Shown: positions 28,441-38,403, counted from the first letter of the stretch. The stretch: 40,997 nt of DNA from Chitinophagaceae bacterium (GCA_043779285.1 JAYWEL010000138.1:1-40997); one strand, 5' to 3'. Made by a program: numbers and translations. Notes: generated from the letters alone by a model not told the origin.

Positions 28441-29535
28441 ATGAATTTAACCCGAAAAACATACGAAGAATATTTTTTGCTTTATACAGATAATGAACTT
28501 TCTGATATGGACAGAAAGATGGTGGAAGCTTTTGTTATAGAAAATCCGGATTTAAAACCAGAACTGAATCTTTTTTTGGCATCCAAATTTTCCATGGATG
28601 GCGAAATTGTTTTTAACAATAAGGAATCACTACTCAAAAAATCGGCATCAAATATCAACGAATCGAATTACGAATCTTACCAACTAACGTTTATTGACAA
28701 TGAACTTCCTGAAAATTTACGAAATGAGTTTTTACACTTTAATGCCCTGAACCCAACGGCACAATTAAACCTTGATCTATTATTTCAAACTAAACAGGAA
28801 GCCGATTTACAAATTGTTCATCCGGATAAAAACTCTTTACTTTCTCAAAATATGGGCAGAAGAAGAGTTGTTCCATTCATGCCTTATTGGATACGCATAT
28901 CTGTGGCTGCAGCAATTCTTTTTGCCATTAGCCTGCTTACTTTCAATCCATTCAAATCAAATCAATCAACAGCACTTGTTTCAAAAACAATATCTGGGAA
29001 TTTACTTACTAGCGAAAATAAAACTGCTTTGGTTGAAACTGTAATACCGGCTAAAGAACCTACGACTAACAATCGATCTGTTATACGTAAAAAGGATAAT
29101 CGGATAAATTCTATTATTGCTTCCTCCACAAATTTTATCGCAAACAATAATATTATCAACCCAACTGAAAATATGGATGTAGTTGTTTCAGCAAACAATC
29201 CAAATACTACTATTGATGAATTATTTCCGGTTAAGCAAATAAATAATCAATCCAATCTTACATTAAATACGGATGTTGCTATTTCTACAAATAACCCTGC
29301 CCAACAAATTATTTACAACTCCACTGTAACAAACTCATTAAAGGAAACGTATAATTCTCAAAGCACCGCAACAAACGAGTTCTTTATCAATCCATCAACC
29401 GATGATAATTCAAACAAATCGTTGCGGGGTATTTTTAGAAAAGCCACCCGGTATTTTGAAAAAACAACAAACATCAATGCAACCGATGGCGAAGACAAAT
29501 TGTTGATAGCCGGACTAGCTATCAACTTAAAATAA
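28441..29535 (+). CDS. Putative single-pass membrane anti-sigma factor (hypothetical, Asn/Thr-rich extracytoplasmic tail)
   Basis: It lies 12 nt after the ECF sigma gene. The N-terminal cytoplasmic part contains an internally duplicated motif (YEEYFLLYTDNELSDMDRKMVEAF / YESYQLTFIDNELPENLRNEFLHF). One TM segment is present (WIRISVAAAILFAISLLTF). The call rests on gene context. Confidence 0.5.
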   Translation: MNLTRKTYEEYFLLYTDNELSDMDRKMVEAFVIENPDLKPELNLFLASKFSMDGEIVFNNKESLLKKSASNINESNYESYQLTFIDNELPENLRNEFLHFNALNPTAQLNLDLLFQTKQEADLQIVHPDKNSLLSQNMGRRRVVPFMPYWIRISVAAAILFAISLLTFNPFKSNQSTALVSKTISGNLLTSENKTALVETVIPAKEPTTNNRSVIRKKDNRINSIIASSTNFIANNNIINPTENMDVVVSANNPNTTIDELFPVKQINNQSNLTLNTDVAISTNNPAQQIIYNSTVTNSLKETYNSQSTATNEFFINPSTDDNSNKSLRGIFRKATRYFEKTTNINATDGEDKLLIAGLAINLK

Positions 29536-29561
29536 TTCAACTTAAATTTAAAAACAAGATC

Positions 29562-30476
29562 ATGAAAAAAACATGGACCCTTAGCCTGGCTCTGCTTATT
29601 ACCCTTTTCAGTTTTTCCCAAACAGATACAACCGGAAAAAAACCTGGTAAAGAAAAAATGGATACGATTCGTATTGGCAATATTACCATCATCAACAAGG
29701 ATGATAAAGAAAAGGAGGATTCAACAACTATGAAAGAAAAAACCGATACAATAAAGGTTGGAGGAATCATCATCATCAATAAAAATGGAAAAGATAATAA
29801 TACATCTGTAAAAATAAGTGCCAAAAAAAGAGAGAATAAAGCATCCAATTTAAGAACCAACTGGTGGGTTTTAGATCTTGGTTTTACGAATTATAATGAT
29901 CAAACAAATTTTGCATCAACGGCAACCCAACAATTTGCTCCCGGAAGTAATGCAGATTGGTTTAAATTAAAAACAGCGAAATCAGTCAATGTAAATGTGT
30001 GGATTTTTATGCAACGATTAAACCTGATCAAACACGTTGTCAATTTAAAATATGGCCTTGGATCGGAGATGAATAATTACCGGTATCAAAACCCAATCGT
30101 TTATCAAACCAATCCTACAAAAATTGTAATGGATAATTCGACAAATTATAAAAAGAACAAATTAGCCGCACACTATTTAACCGTTCCAATGATGTTGAAT
30201 TTTAATTTCAACCCGGAAAAGAAAAAAGGATTCGGTTTCAGTGTAGGTGCCAGTGCGGGTTATCTGTATTCCAGTCGTCAAAAAACAATCACCGACACCG
30301 ATGGAAAAGAAAAAATAAAAGACGATTTTGATTTAAGACCATTTAAACTTTCCTATATCGGCGAATTACATTTAGGACCCGTAAAACTATACGGTTCAAT
30401 GGCAACAAAATCCATGTTTGAAAAAGGATTGGACCAAAAACCATATTCTATCGGAATCCGTTTCAGTAACTGGTAA
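29562..30476 (+). CDS. Outer-membrane beta-barrel protein with an N-terminal Lys/Asp-rich tandem repeat
   Basis: Signal peptide MKKTWTLSLALLITLFSFSQ. Two 28-aa-spaced repeats, EKMDTIRIGNITIINKDD and EKTDTIKVGGIIIINKNG, map to 29652-29789. The C-terminal part has alternating beta-strand patterning and ends in an aromatic residue (...IRFSNW). Confidence 0.6.
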   Translation: MKKTWTLSLALLITLFSFSQTDTTGKKPGKEKMDTIRIGNITIINKDDKEKEDSTTMKEKTDTIKVGGIIIINKNGKDNNTSVKISAKKRENKASNLRTNWWVLDLGFTNYNDQTNFASTATQQFAPGSNADWFKLKTAKSVNVNVWIFMQRLNLIKHVVNLKYGLGSEMNNYRYQNPIVYQTNPTKIVMDNSTNYKKNKLAAHYLTVPMMLNFNFNPEKKKGFGFSVGASAGYLYSSRQKTITDTDGKEKIKDDFDLRPFKLSYIGELHLGPVKLYGSMATKSMFEKGLDQKPYSIGIRFSNW

Positions 30477-30557
30477 AACCGGATAAATAGAACTGCTGCC
30501 ATTATTGGGTTTGGTGAAAACTGAGTTATTTATTAAATTACGGTTATTAAATAAATA

Positions 30558-30968
30558 ATGATGAATTATAAAATCGAGGATATTGAAGGAATTGGTTCTG
30601 CATATGGACAACGATTGGAATCAGTTGGCATAAAAGACACCGAAAGTTTGTTAGTGCATTGCAGAACAAAAGAAGGCAGGCAAAATATTGTTCTACAAAC
30701 AGATATTCCTGAAACCTTGATACTAACCTGGGTAAACCATGCCGACCTGATGCGAATAAATGGAGTTGGTGGCCAGTTTGCCGAATTGCTGGAAGCAGCC
30801 GGCGTAGACTCTGTAAAAGAACTGGCACAGCGTAATGCTGAAAACTTATATACAAAAATGACTGAAGTAAATGACAGCTTAGGCCTAAGTGGCAGAACAG
30901 CTTCGTTGGATCAGGTGATGTATATGATTAATCAGGCGAAAAAATTAGATCCTATTATTACACACTAA
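30558..30968 (+). CDS. DUF4332-like helix-hairpin-helix protein
   Basis: There are two HhH-like repeats: IEDIEGIGSAYGQRLESVGIKDTESLL and LMRINGVGGQFAELLEAAGVDSVKELA. Confidence 0.65.
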   Translation: MMNYKIEDIEGIGSAYGQRLESVGIKDTESLLVHCRTKEGRQNIVLQTDIPETLILTWVNHADLMRINGVGGQFAELLEAAGVDSVKELAQRNAENLYTKMTEVNDSLGLSGRTASLDQVMYMINQAKKLDPIITH

Positions 30969-30992
30969 CCAATAATTAATACAAATAAAAAG

Positions 30993-31027
30993 AAACCGGC
31001 TCCTTTGTAAAGTGAGGCGGTTTTTTA
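30993..31027 (+). terminator. Rho-independent terminator (one mismatch in the stem)
   Basis: aaaccggctc (30993-31002) / gaggcggttt (31014-31023), followed by a T6 run. Confidence 0.55.
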
Positions 31028-31107
31028 TTTGCAAACATCTCGTTAAAAGGTATTACCCTAAAAATATTTAATTACGATTATGCGTTTGAATAAATATCGC
31101 CTGTCAC

Positions 31108-31683
31108 ATGATCATGAAAACAATTTTATTATCCATCTCCCTTTTTTTTTTATCATCCAATTCTTTTATCAGCAACCCGTATCATACGGGAAAAAACAAT
31201 TCAGATAAACTTTCCGCATTACACATCGAGTTGAATCCTGTTGGAGAAGTTTATATGATTATTGACAAGTCGGATTATGAACTGCATGTGTATGATGAAA
31301 ATGGTTGGTTTGCTACTTACCCGGTTGTTTTCGGCAATAAAAATTTGGATGATAAAAAAATGGAAGGTGATAGAAATACGCCTGAAGGAGAATTCCATAT
31401 CAATGCTAAACGCATGCACACTAAGTGGCATAAGTTTATCAGTATTGATTATCCGAATGAAGGGAGTTGGCAAAAATTCAAAGAAAGAAAAAACCGTGGC
31501 GAGATTCCTTCATCTGCACGCATAGGTGGCGGAATAGGAATTCACGGAACCTGGCCGCATGAAGATTATCAAATAGACCGATATAATAACTGGACGCTGG
31601 GTTGCATCTCTTTAAAAAACGAAGACATTGATCATCTGTATGCTTATCTGAAAATTGGCACCCAATTAATTATCCGGAAATAA
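31108..31683 (+). CDS. YkuD-fold L,D-transpeptidase family protein (YafK-like)
   Basis: Signal peptide MKTILLSISLFFLSS. The catalytic region GGIGIHGTWP...WTLGCISLKNEDIDHLY carries the conserved His...Cys arrangement. Confidence 0.8.
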   Translation: MIMKTILLSISLFFLSSNSFISNPYHTGKNNSDKLSALHIELNPVGEVYMIIDKSDYELHVYDENGWFATYPVVFGNKNLDDKKMEGDRNTPEGEFHINAKRMHTKWHKFISIDYPNEGSWQKFKERKNRGEIPSSARIGGGIGIHGTWPHEDYQIDRYNNWTLGCISLKNEDIDHLYAYLKIGTQLIIRK

Positions 31684-31711
31684 TTTTTCGAAAATCAGAA
31701 AACAGGAAGCT

Positions 31712-33637
31712 TTATGCAAGCATCCCATTCTTAATTTCTTCAACAATAGCCGGATCCAACAAAGTGGAAGTATCACCTAAATTGCCTGTTTCACCTTCTG
31801 CTATTTTACGCAGTATCCGTCGCATAATTTTTCCACTTCGGGTTTTTGGAAGGCCCGATACGAATTGGATTTTGTCGGGTTTTGCAATAGCACCGATGAT
31901 TCTTGTTACAGTTTGCAAAATATCTTTCCGCGTCATTTCATCATCCCCATGCTTTCCGGTATATATTACATATGCATAAATGCCCTGCCCTTTTATATCA
32001 TGCGTATAGCCAACCACGGCACTTTCCACAACTCCTGCATGCATGTTAATGGCATTTTCCACTTCGGCCGTACCAATCCGATGACCACTAACATTTAATA
32101 CATCATCCACTCTACCGGTTATCCGGTAGTTCCCATTTTCATCTCGATAGCAACCATCACCGGTAAAATATAAATTTTTGTATGTAGCAAAATAATTCAT
32201 CCGGCATCTTTCATGATCACCATAGGTTGTTCGCAACATGCCGGGCCATGGAAATGCAATGCATAGATTTCCATTTACCGCATTCCCTTCAATCAATTCT
32301 CCATTTTCGTCTACCAATACCGGTTGTATGCCAGGCAATGGCAACGTAGCATAAGTTGGTTTACCGGAAGTAATACCGGCCATATTTGAAATCAATATGC
32401 CTCCGGTTTCAGTCTGCCACCAGGTATCTACTATCGGGCATTTATTATTTCCAATGTGTTCATTGTACCAGTTCCAGGCTTCTTCATTGATTGGCTCACC
32501 TACCGTTCCCAATACTTTTAACGAAGAAAGATCTTTACCTTTCAATGGATCCAATCCAAAACTCATCAATGACCGAAGGGCTGTAGGAGCAGTATATAAA
32601 ATATTTACTTTATGTTTTTCGACGATATCCCAAAAACGACTGGCATCTGGCCAGGTTGGAATTCCTTCAAACATCAACGACGTGGCACCCGCACACAAAG
32701 GGCCATAAACAATATAACTGTGTCCCGTAATCCAGCCAATATCTGCCGTACAAAAAAACACATCACCGGGATTGTATTGAAACACATTGACAAAACTATA
32801 TGTCGAGTAAACCATGTATCCTGCACCGGTATGAACTACCCCTTTGGGTTTACCCGTACTGCCCGAGGTATACAATATAAATAAGGGATCTTCGGCATCC
32901 ATCTCTTCGGCAGGAAATTTTATTTCGCCATTTTTTTCCAGTTGCTCTTCGGCATATTGCATTTCATCCTCCCACCATACATCTCTTCCTTTTATCATGG
33001 AAACCGGAATTCTCGTTCGGGTAAACACAATTACTTTTTTTATTGATTTATTGCCAATGAGTGCATCATCAATGACCGATTTTAACGGGATTTCTTTCCC
33101 ACCCCGATAAGCCCCATCGCAGGTAATGATAAATTCGGCTTTGGCATCATCAAGTCTGTCTGCAATACTTTGTGCAGAAAATCCACCAAAAATAACGGAG
33201 TGAATGGCACCTATTCTTGCGCAACCCAACATTGCATAAGCCAGCTCCGGAACCATGCCCATATAAATACAAACCCGGTCGCCTTTTTTTACTCCATTAT
33301 TTATAAGCATTTGTGCAACCTGGCAAACCCGTTTGTGCAACCGGTTATACGTAACAATCCGGGTTCTTTCATGCGGATTATTAGGTTCCCAAATAATAGC
33401 CGGTTTTTCTCCCAGGGTTTCCAAATGCCGGTCAATGCAATTTTCAGTAATATTTAGTTTTGCATTTTTAAACCACTCCACTTGTGGGTCTGTAAAATTC
33501 CAATCAAGTACTTTATCCCATTTTTTTCGCCATTGAAAATGCTGTGCAACTCCAGCCCAAAACTCTTCGGGTTGATTGACACTTACCCGATGTGCTATTT
33601 CATATTCATCCTTACTTCTTATCTGATATGGATACAT
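31712..33637 (-). CDS. acs: Acetyl-CoA synthetase (AMP-forming)
   Basis: AMP-binding motif YTSGSTGKPKGV, plus TWWQTETGG, YFTGDG and PKTRSGKIMRR. The ATG at 33637 (MYPYQIRSKDEYE...) is preferred over the track's TTG at 33664. Confidence 0.95.
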   Translation of the reverse strand: MYPYQIRSKDEYEIAHRVSVNQPEEFWAGVAQHFQWRKKWDKVLDWNFTDPQVEWFKNAKLNITENCIDRHLETLGEKPAIIWEPNNPHERTRIVTYNRLHKRVCQVAQMLINNGVKKGDRVCIYMGMVPELAYAMLGCARIGAIHSVIFGGFSAQSIADRLDDAKAEFIITCDGAYRGGKEIPLKSVIDDALIGNKSIKKVIVFTRTRIPVSMIKGRDVWWEDEMQYAEEQLEKNGEIKFPAEEMDAEDPLFILYTSGSTGKPKGVVHTGAGYMVYSTYSFVNVFQYNPGDVFFCTADIGWITGHSYIVYGPLCAGATSLMFEGIPTWPDASRFWDIVEKHKVNILYTAPTALRSLMSFGLDPLKGKDLSSLKVLGTVGEPINEEAWNWYNEHIGNNKCPIVDTWWQTETGGILISNMAGITSGKPTYATLPLPGIQPVLVDENGELIEGNAVNGNLCIAFPWPGMLRTTYGDHERCRMNYFATYKNLYFTGDGCYRDENGNYRITGRVDDVLNVSGHRIGTAEVENAINMHAGVVESAVVGYTHDIKGQGIYAYVIYTGKHGDDEMTRKDILQTVTRIIGAIAKPDKIQFVSGLPKTRSGKIMRRILRKIAEGETGNLGDTSTLLDPAIVEEIKNGMLA

Positions 33638-33782
33638 AAAAAACCGTTTATTTCCTGTAAACAAATTACAAAAAAGAAAAGTAAATATAGTTTCAAAACT
33701 TATTTTAAATAAAAGAATATAATTTACATTTTCAGAGACTCTGAACCGAGACTATTTTTTTATCAAAATTTTTCCTGAATAA

Positions 33783-35273
33783 ATGCCCGAATCCAACAAC
33801 ACATCAATCCATAAAGTGATCACTGCTGCTTCCTTAGGTACATTGATAGAATGGTATGACTTCTACATCTTTGGAAGCCTTGCTGTGATTATTGGAAAAC
33901 AATTATTTCCTGCAGACAGTGGTACTTCAGCCTTAATAAATACATTGGCCATTTTTGCTGCAGGCTTTATTGTAAGACCATTTGGAGCAATTGTATTTGG
34001 CAGGCTTGGCGATATGATTGGAAGAAAACACACTTTTTTGCTTACGCTTATTTTGATGGGTGGTTCTACCTTTATGATTGGGTTAATTCCCGGATTTTCA
34101 TCCATCGGATATTTTGCTCCGGCATTGGTGCTTTTATTAAGATTGGTGCAAGGGCTTGCGCTAGGAGGCGAATATGGCGGTGCGGCCACTTATGTTGCCG
34201 AACATGCCCCACCGAATAAAAAAGGATTTTATACCAGTTGGATTCAAACAACCGCCACCCTGGGTTTATTTCTTTCTTTAGGTGTTATCGTTTTTTTGAA
34301 ATCTTTTTTGGGTACCGAAAAATTTGAAGCATGGGGTTGGCGAATTCCTTTTTTAATTTCCATTGTACTTGTATTTATTTCATTTTATATCCGTATTAAA
34401 ATGAAAGAATCGCCCATGTTTGTACAATTAAAGAAAGAAGGAAAAACTTCTACTAATCCGTTGAAAGAAAGTTTTAGAAAAAAAGGAAACCTGAAATTGG
34501 TTTTATTGGCATTGTTCGGTGCTGTGATGGGACAAGGAGTTATTTGGTACACCGGTCAGTTTTATGCCCAATCATTTATCGAAAACACCTGTAAAATAGA
34601 GTTTAATGAATCGAGATATATTTTACTTTGGGCCATTGCTTTGGCTACGCCATTCTTTATTGTTTTCGGTTCTTTAAGTGATCGTTTCGGCAGAAAATGG
34701 ATCATGCTGGGCGGCATGTTGCTGGCCATAATTTTTTACCGACCCATCTATCAGAATTTTTTAGACAACAGTCATATTCCATCTCTGGCAGAAAATTCAA
34801 CGGTCATAAAAAAAACAAATATCTCTACCGCTGATCCAACCATTAATTCAGCAACAATTTCATTGTCGAATGGTTATTCATTTACTAAAACAATTACAAC
34901 CGATATTTCGACTTCCAATCAGAGTATTAAATACAGCAACATACAGCTACCAACAAAGACATTCAGTTGGTTTGTATTTCTTGTATTTGTTCAAATCCTT
35001 TTTGTGACGATGGTTTACGGGCCTATTGCAGCATTCCTGGTTGATTTATTTCCAACTAAAATCAGATACACCTCTATGTCATTACCATACCATATTGGCA
35101 ATGGTGTATTTGGAGGGTTGGTCCCATTTTTAGCCACATTAATCACCAGCTTTAAAGGATCGGATGCATTATCCGGTTTATGGTATCCTATCGGTGTAGC
35201 GTCTGTTTGTTTTTTGATAGGATTGATTTATTTAGATAATAATAAGTCAGATTCATCGCTTCTTGAAAATTAA
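33783..35273 (+). CDS. MFS transporter, metabolite:H+ symporter (MHS)-like, with a ~65-aa Ser/Thr/Asn-rich insertion
   Basis: MHS-type N-terminus GTLIEWYDFYIFGSLA, plus GRLGDMIGRK and LSDRFGRK. A low-complexity insert (...AENSTVIKKTNISTADPTINSATISLSNGYSF...) lies in the C-terminal half. Confidence 0.8.
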   Translation: MPESNNTSIHKVITAASLGTLIEWYDFYIFGSLAVIIGKQLFPADSGTSALINTLAIFAAGFIVRPFGAIVFGRLGDMIGRKHTFLLTLILMGGSTFMIGLIPGFSSIGYFAPALVLLLRLVQGLALGGEYGGAATYVAEHAPPNKKGFYTSWIQTTATLGLFLSLGVIVFLKSFLGTEKFEAWGWRIPFLISIVLVFISFYIRIKMKESPMFVQLKKEGKTSTNPLKESFRKKGNLKLVLLALFGAVMGQGVIWYTGQFYAQSFIENTCKIEFNESRYILLWAIALATPFFIVFGSLSDRFGRKWIMLGGMLLAIIFYRPIYQNFLDNSHIPSLAENSTVIKKTNISTADPTINSATISLSNGYSFTKTITTDISTSNQSIKYSNIQLPTKTFSWFVFLVFVQILFVTMVYGPIAAFLVDLFPTKIRYTSMSLPYHIGNGVFGGLVPFLATLITSFKGSDALSGLWYPIGVASVCFLIGLIYLDNNKSDSSLLEN

Positions 35274-35287
35274 AAAATTAAATACAT

Positions 35288-35530
35288 ATGAATGAAGTAA
35301 AAAAGAATGCTGGTTTGATTTGGATGGTACTTGGACCATTGATGGTTGTTTTTATGGCCTGGCAGGCGATGGGAAAAATAGCAAGTGCAACAGAAGGCAT
35401 TGCAAAAACCAATACCATTCTTCAATGGTCTATCATCCTCATGATATTTATTCCAATATGTGCAGGGCTTTTTTTATTTGGCTGGTATGCCTGGAAAAAT
35501 GAATTTAAAGAAAAAGTTGCTGACATTTAA
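35288..35530 (+). CDS. Small two-TM membrane protein (hypothetical)
   Basis: 80 aa. Two hydrophobic helices are present (LIWMVLGPLMVVFMAW and WSIILMIFIPICAGLFLFGWY). It lies 14 nt downstream of the MFS gene. Confidence 0.55.
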   Translation: MNEVKKNAGLIWMVLGPLMVVFMAWQAMGKIASATEGIAKTNTILQWSIILMIFIPICAGLFLFGWYAWKNEFKEKVADI

Positions 35531-35611
35531 ACCAGGTAGAAGCATCGCATGCAACAGAAGTTTTACATCCTCTTATATATTTCATTCCCCGAATTTGTGT
35601 AGGTTTGTCAC

Positions 35612-36517
35612 ATGTCTATTCAGGTAAATAATCTGCTTAAAAAATACGGTGAACAGATTGCCGTAAACAATGTCTCATTTCAGGTCGGCAAGGGAGAGAT
35701 AGTTGGTTTTCTTGGACCCAATGGTGCAGGCAAATCTACGTCGATGAAAATCATGACAGGCTTTCTGCAGCAGGATGCCGGTGAAGCCATTATTTGCGGA
35801 ATAGATATTACAAAAGATCCTTTATCTGCAAAGAGAATGATTGGATACCTGCCCGAATCCAATGCCCTTTACTACGACATGTATATCAAGGAATTTTTGG
35901 AATTTATTGCCGAAGTGCATGGATTGAATGGTAAAAGCAAAAAACGGATTAACGAAGTCATCGAATTAACCGGCTTAACCATTGAAAGCAAAAAAAAGAT
36001 CGGTCAACTTTCGAAAGGATATAAGCAACGGGTTGGACTAGCAGCTGCACTGATTCATGATCCGGAAGTTTTAATACTGGACGAACCCACCAGCGGATTG
36101 GACCCGAACCAGATCATTGAAATAAGGGAAGTCATCAAACAACAAGGTGCAAACAAAACGGTTTTATTTTCCTCTCATATTTTACAGGAAGTAGAAGCCA
36201 TATGCGACCGGGTAATCATTATCAACAACGGATTGATTGTTGCCGATGATAAACTCATTGATTTAAAAAAACACAAAACCAACAATTTTATTCAAGTATC
36301 TTTTAAAGAAATAATTGAAGAGTCTGTTTTACAAAATCTGAAAGCTGTATTAAGTATTAAACAAATAGATGCGACTAGCTGGCTAATAGAAACAACTGAC
36401 ACAGAACTCACCCGTAATCAAATCATGGAGCTAGTTATTCAAAAAAATCTGAATCTTATTTCCCTGCAAAATGAAACATCTAACCTGGAAGCTATTTTCA
36501 GAGAACTCACCAAATAA
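35612..36517 (+). CDS. gldA: ABC transporter ATP-binding protein, GldA-like (gliding-motility-associated type)
   Basis: Walker A GPNGAGKST, signature LSKGYKQR, Walker B LILDEPTSGLD. The N-terminus MSIQVNNLLKKYGEQIAVNNVSF resembles flavobacterial GldA. The gldA assignment is by resemblance only. Confidence 0.65.
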   Translation: MSIQVNNLLKKYGEQIAVNNVSFQVGKGEIVGFLGPNGAGKSTSMKIMTGFLQQDAGEAIICGIDITKDPLSAKRMIGYLPESNALYYDMYIKEFLEFIAEVHGLNGKSKKRINEVIELTGLTIESKKKIGQLSKGYKQRVGLAAALIHDPEVLILDEPTSGLDPNQIIEIREVIKQQGANKTVLFSSHILQEVEAICDRVIIINNGLIVADDKLIDLKKHKTNNFIQVSFKEIIEESVLQNLKAVLSIKQIDATSWLIETTDTELTRNQIMELVIQKNLNLISLQNETSNLEAIFRELTK

Positions 36518-36590
36518 AAAAACTGCCTTACGACAGCTTTTTCAGAAAAACAATGGTATGCTTTTCAGTCTTTAATCAGAGCCTAAGCAG

Positions 36591-37385
36591 TTAGTTCAAG
36601 TCATCCAGGGCAAGCTCATATAAGTATTCCATATAGAAATATTTCAAATAAGTATACCGGGCATTTTGCATAGCTATGATCCATCCGGCAGATCCATCTA
36701 AAAACCCCATTTTAAAAACATATTCTTTTATAAAACGGAAAATGGCGCTGTAGAATTTTTTACCCACTTTATATTCAATCCCTTTTTCAACTTTATTCTC
36801 AGCATAGAGGAATGCATAACGATCCATTTTATTCCGGAAAAATTCCCGGGTATCCGCTGTATAATGCAAAAGATTACCTTTTACCTTTGTTACAGGAATT
36901 GAATTATTATGAACTAACCTTTCATGAACAAGGTCATTGCTCCAGCTTGTATTTTCTTTATTGAAAAGACGCAAATGCCAGTCAGGATACCATCCTCCGT
37001 GATAAATAAACTTGCCTTCGAAATTGGAAAGTATGTTTATGGACAAATTGACGTCATTTTTATTTGCAGCAAGTTCTTTTAAAATATTGGATGCAAGTTC
37101 TTTGGATATTTCTTCGTCCGCATCCATAGAGAAAATCAGGTTATTGATGGCTTTCTGATTTCCAAAATTCTTTTGAGATGCATATCCTTCCCATGTTTTG
37201 ACAAACACCCTGGCACCAAGATCATTAGCCAATTGTATTGTTTTATCACTACTTCCGGAATCTACTACAACAATATCATTGCTTATCTGTTTTGCACTTT
37301 TAATGCAACGTTCTATGTTTTTTTCTTCATTCAGTGTAATAATTACAACTGAAATATTTTTATTTTTTACGTCGTCCATGTCCAA
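36591..37385 (-). CDS. Family 2 glycosyltransferase (LPS-core WaaE/KdtX-like)
   Basis: ISVVIITLNEEKNIERCI, VVDSGSSD and the DxD block SMDADEE. Confidence 0.8.
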   Translation of the reverse strand: MDMDDVKNKNISVVIITLNEEKNIERCIKSAKQISNDIVVVDSGSSDKTIQLANDLGARVFVKTWEGYASQKNFGNQKAINNLIFSMDADEEISKELASNILKELAANKNDVNLSINILSNFEGKFIYHGGWYPDWHLRLFNKENTSWSNDLVHERLVHNNSIPVTKVKGNLLHYTADTREFFRNKMDRYAFLYAENKVEKGIEYKVGKKFYSAIFRFIKEYVFKMGFLDGSAGWIIAMQNARYTYLKYFYMEYLYELALDDLN

Positions 37386-37411
37386 CTATTGAGTGTCTAT
37401 TTTTATACAAA

Positions 37412-38164
37412 TTAAAAAGGTTTCAATTTCCCTTTTCTCAATTTTATCTTGAAATTTTTCAATGTATCCCAGCCGTTTATATTGATACGGGGTAGTTCGA
37501 ACTGATCCAGCACAGGCATCTGAATGGCCCGGTTTCCAATCCGGAATGCCGCACAGATTCCCATTTCCCGAAAAACGTTTTTCATCTTATCCAAGTCTAT
37601 TTTATTTTTTGGCCTCTTTCCAAAAGGATACGCAATGACCGGAATGATATTAATATTATATTCTGCAAAAACTTCCTGCGATGAGCATATATCATTTCTG
37701 ATTTCTTCAACGGTCAGGTCTTCATACGATTGATTATCATACCCATGCAATCCAAATTCAAAAAACTCAGGATCTGCATTCAAAACCGATTCGGCTTCCA
37801 GATAATAATATTTTTCATTTACAGTTGCCTTTACTGCTTCGATTGTTTTATTGGCGATTAAGAAAATGCATGCACAAAACCCATATTTTTTCAACAACGG
37901 TTCAACAAATTCTATTTGATTTTTGTACCCATTATCAAATGTTAATACAATCGTTTTACCAGAAAACGCCTCTTCATTATTAATAGCTTTAACTACAGAA
38001 GAAACAGGAATTGTTGAATATCCATTCGCTTTCAGATACTGAAAATGTTTTTCTAATAAGTCAGGAGATACCGTCATTTCATCCGGCATTCCGGGAAAAA
38101 CATGATGGTATAATAAAACTTTTACTCCGCTAAGGTTCTTTAAGAAATAATGCATCAATCCCAT
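37412..38164 (-). CDS. Polysaccharide deacetylase (CE4) family protein
   Basis: VLLYHHV and VLTFDNGY (NodB-homology motifs). It lies 26 nt upstream of the GT2 gene on the same strand. Confidence 0.75.
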   Translation of the reverse strand: MGLMHYFLKNLSGVKVLLYHHVFPGMPDEMTVSPDLLEKHFQYLKANGYSTIPVSSVVKAINNEEAFSGKTIVLTFDNGYKNQIEFVEPLLKKYGFCACIFLIANKTIEAVKATVNEKYYYLEAESVLNADPEFFEFGLHGYDNQSYEDLTVEEIRNDICSSQEVFAEYNINIIPVIAYPFGKRPKNKIDLDKMKNVFREMGICAAFRIGNRAIQMPVLDQFELPRININGWDTLKNFKIKLRKGKLKPF

Positions 38165-38403
38165 ATTTTCTTATAACATTTACAGTGAATAAATTTTAAT
38201 AAAGTCTCTTTCACTGCTACCAATCAATCAGACTTTTTTTTTGCTGCTAATACCTTTTATGCATTGTATAATCAATTTTCAATCAAGTACATATTGGTAA
38301 AGTATAAACTGATTTTCCGCACTGTTTAATGATATATTTATAGAACCATACAAAGGTTCATGATGAACATTAAAACCGCCTTTAATATGTGCTTAAATTT
38401 TAC

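Noticed and set aside
29652-29789. A possible DNA-level tandem repeat or contingency locus inside the OM beta-barrel gene. The antisense ORF 29537-29860 also looked repeat-like.
   Set aside because: The two copies are similar at the protein level (DTIRIGNITIINK / DTIKVGGIIIINK) but diverged at the nucleotide level. This is an ancient in-frame domain duplication, not a slippage-prone repeat. The antisense ORF is a shadow ORF.
31764-33712. Multiple + strand ORFs of 67-103 aa antisense to acs. Similar shadow ORFs lie inside the MG2-like gene (3912-6105), ispG, nadB and kbl.
   Set aside because: They overlap strongly supported genes on the opposite strand, and their products resemble no known family.
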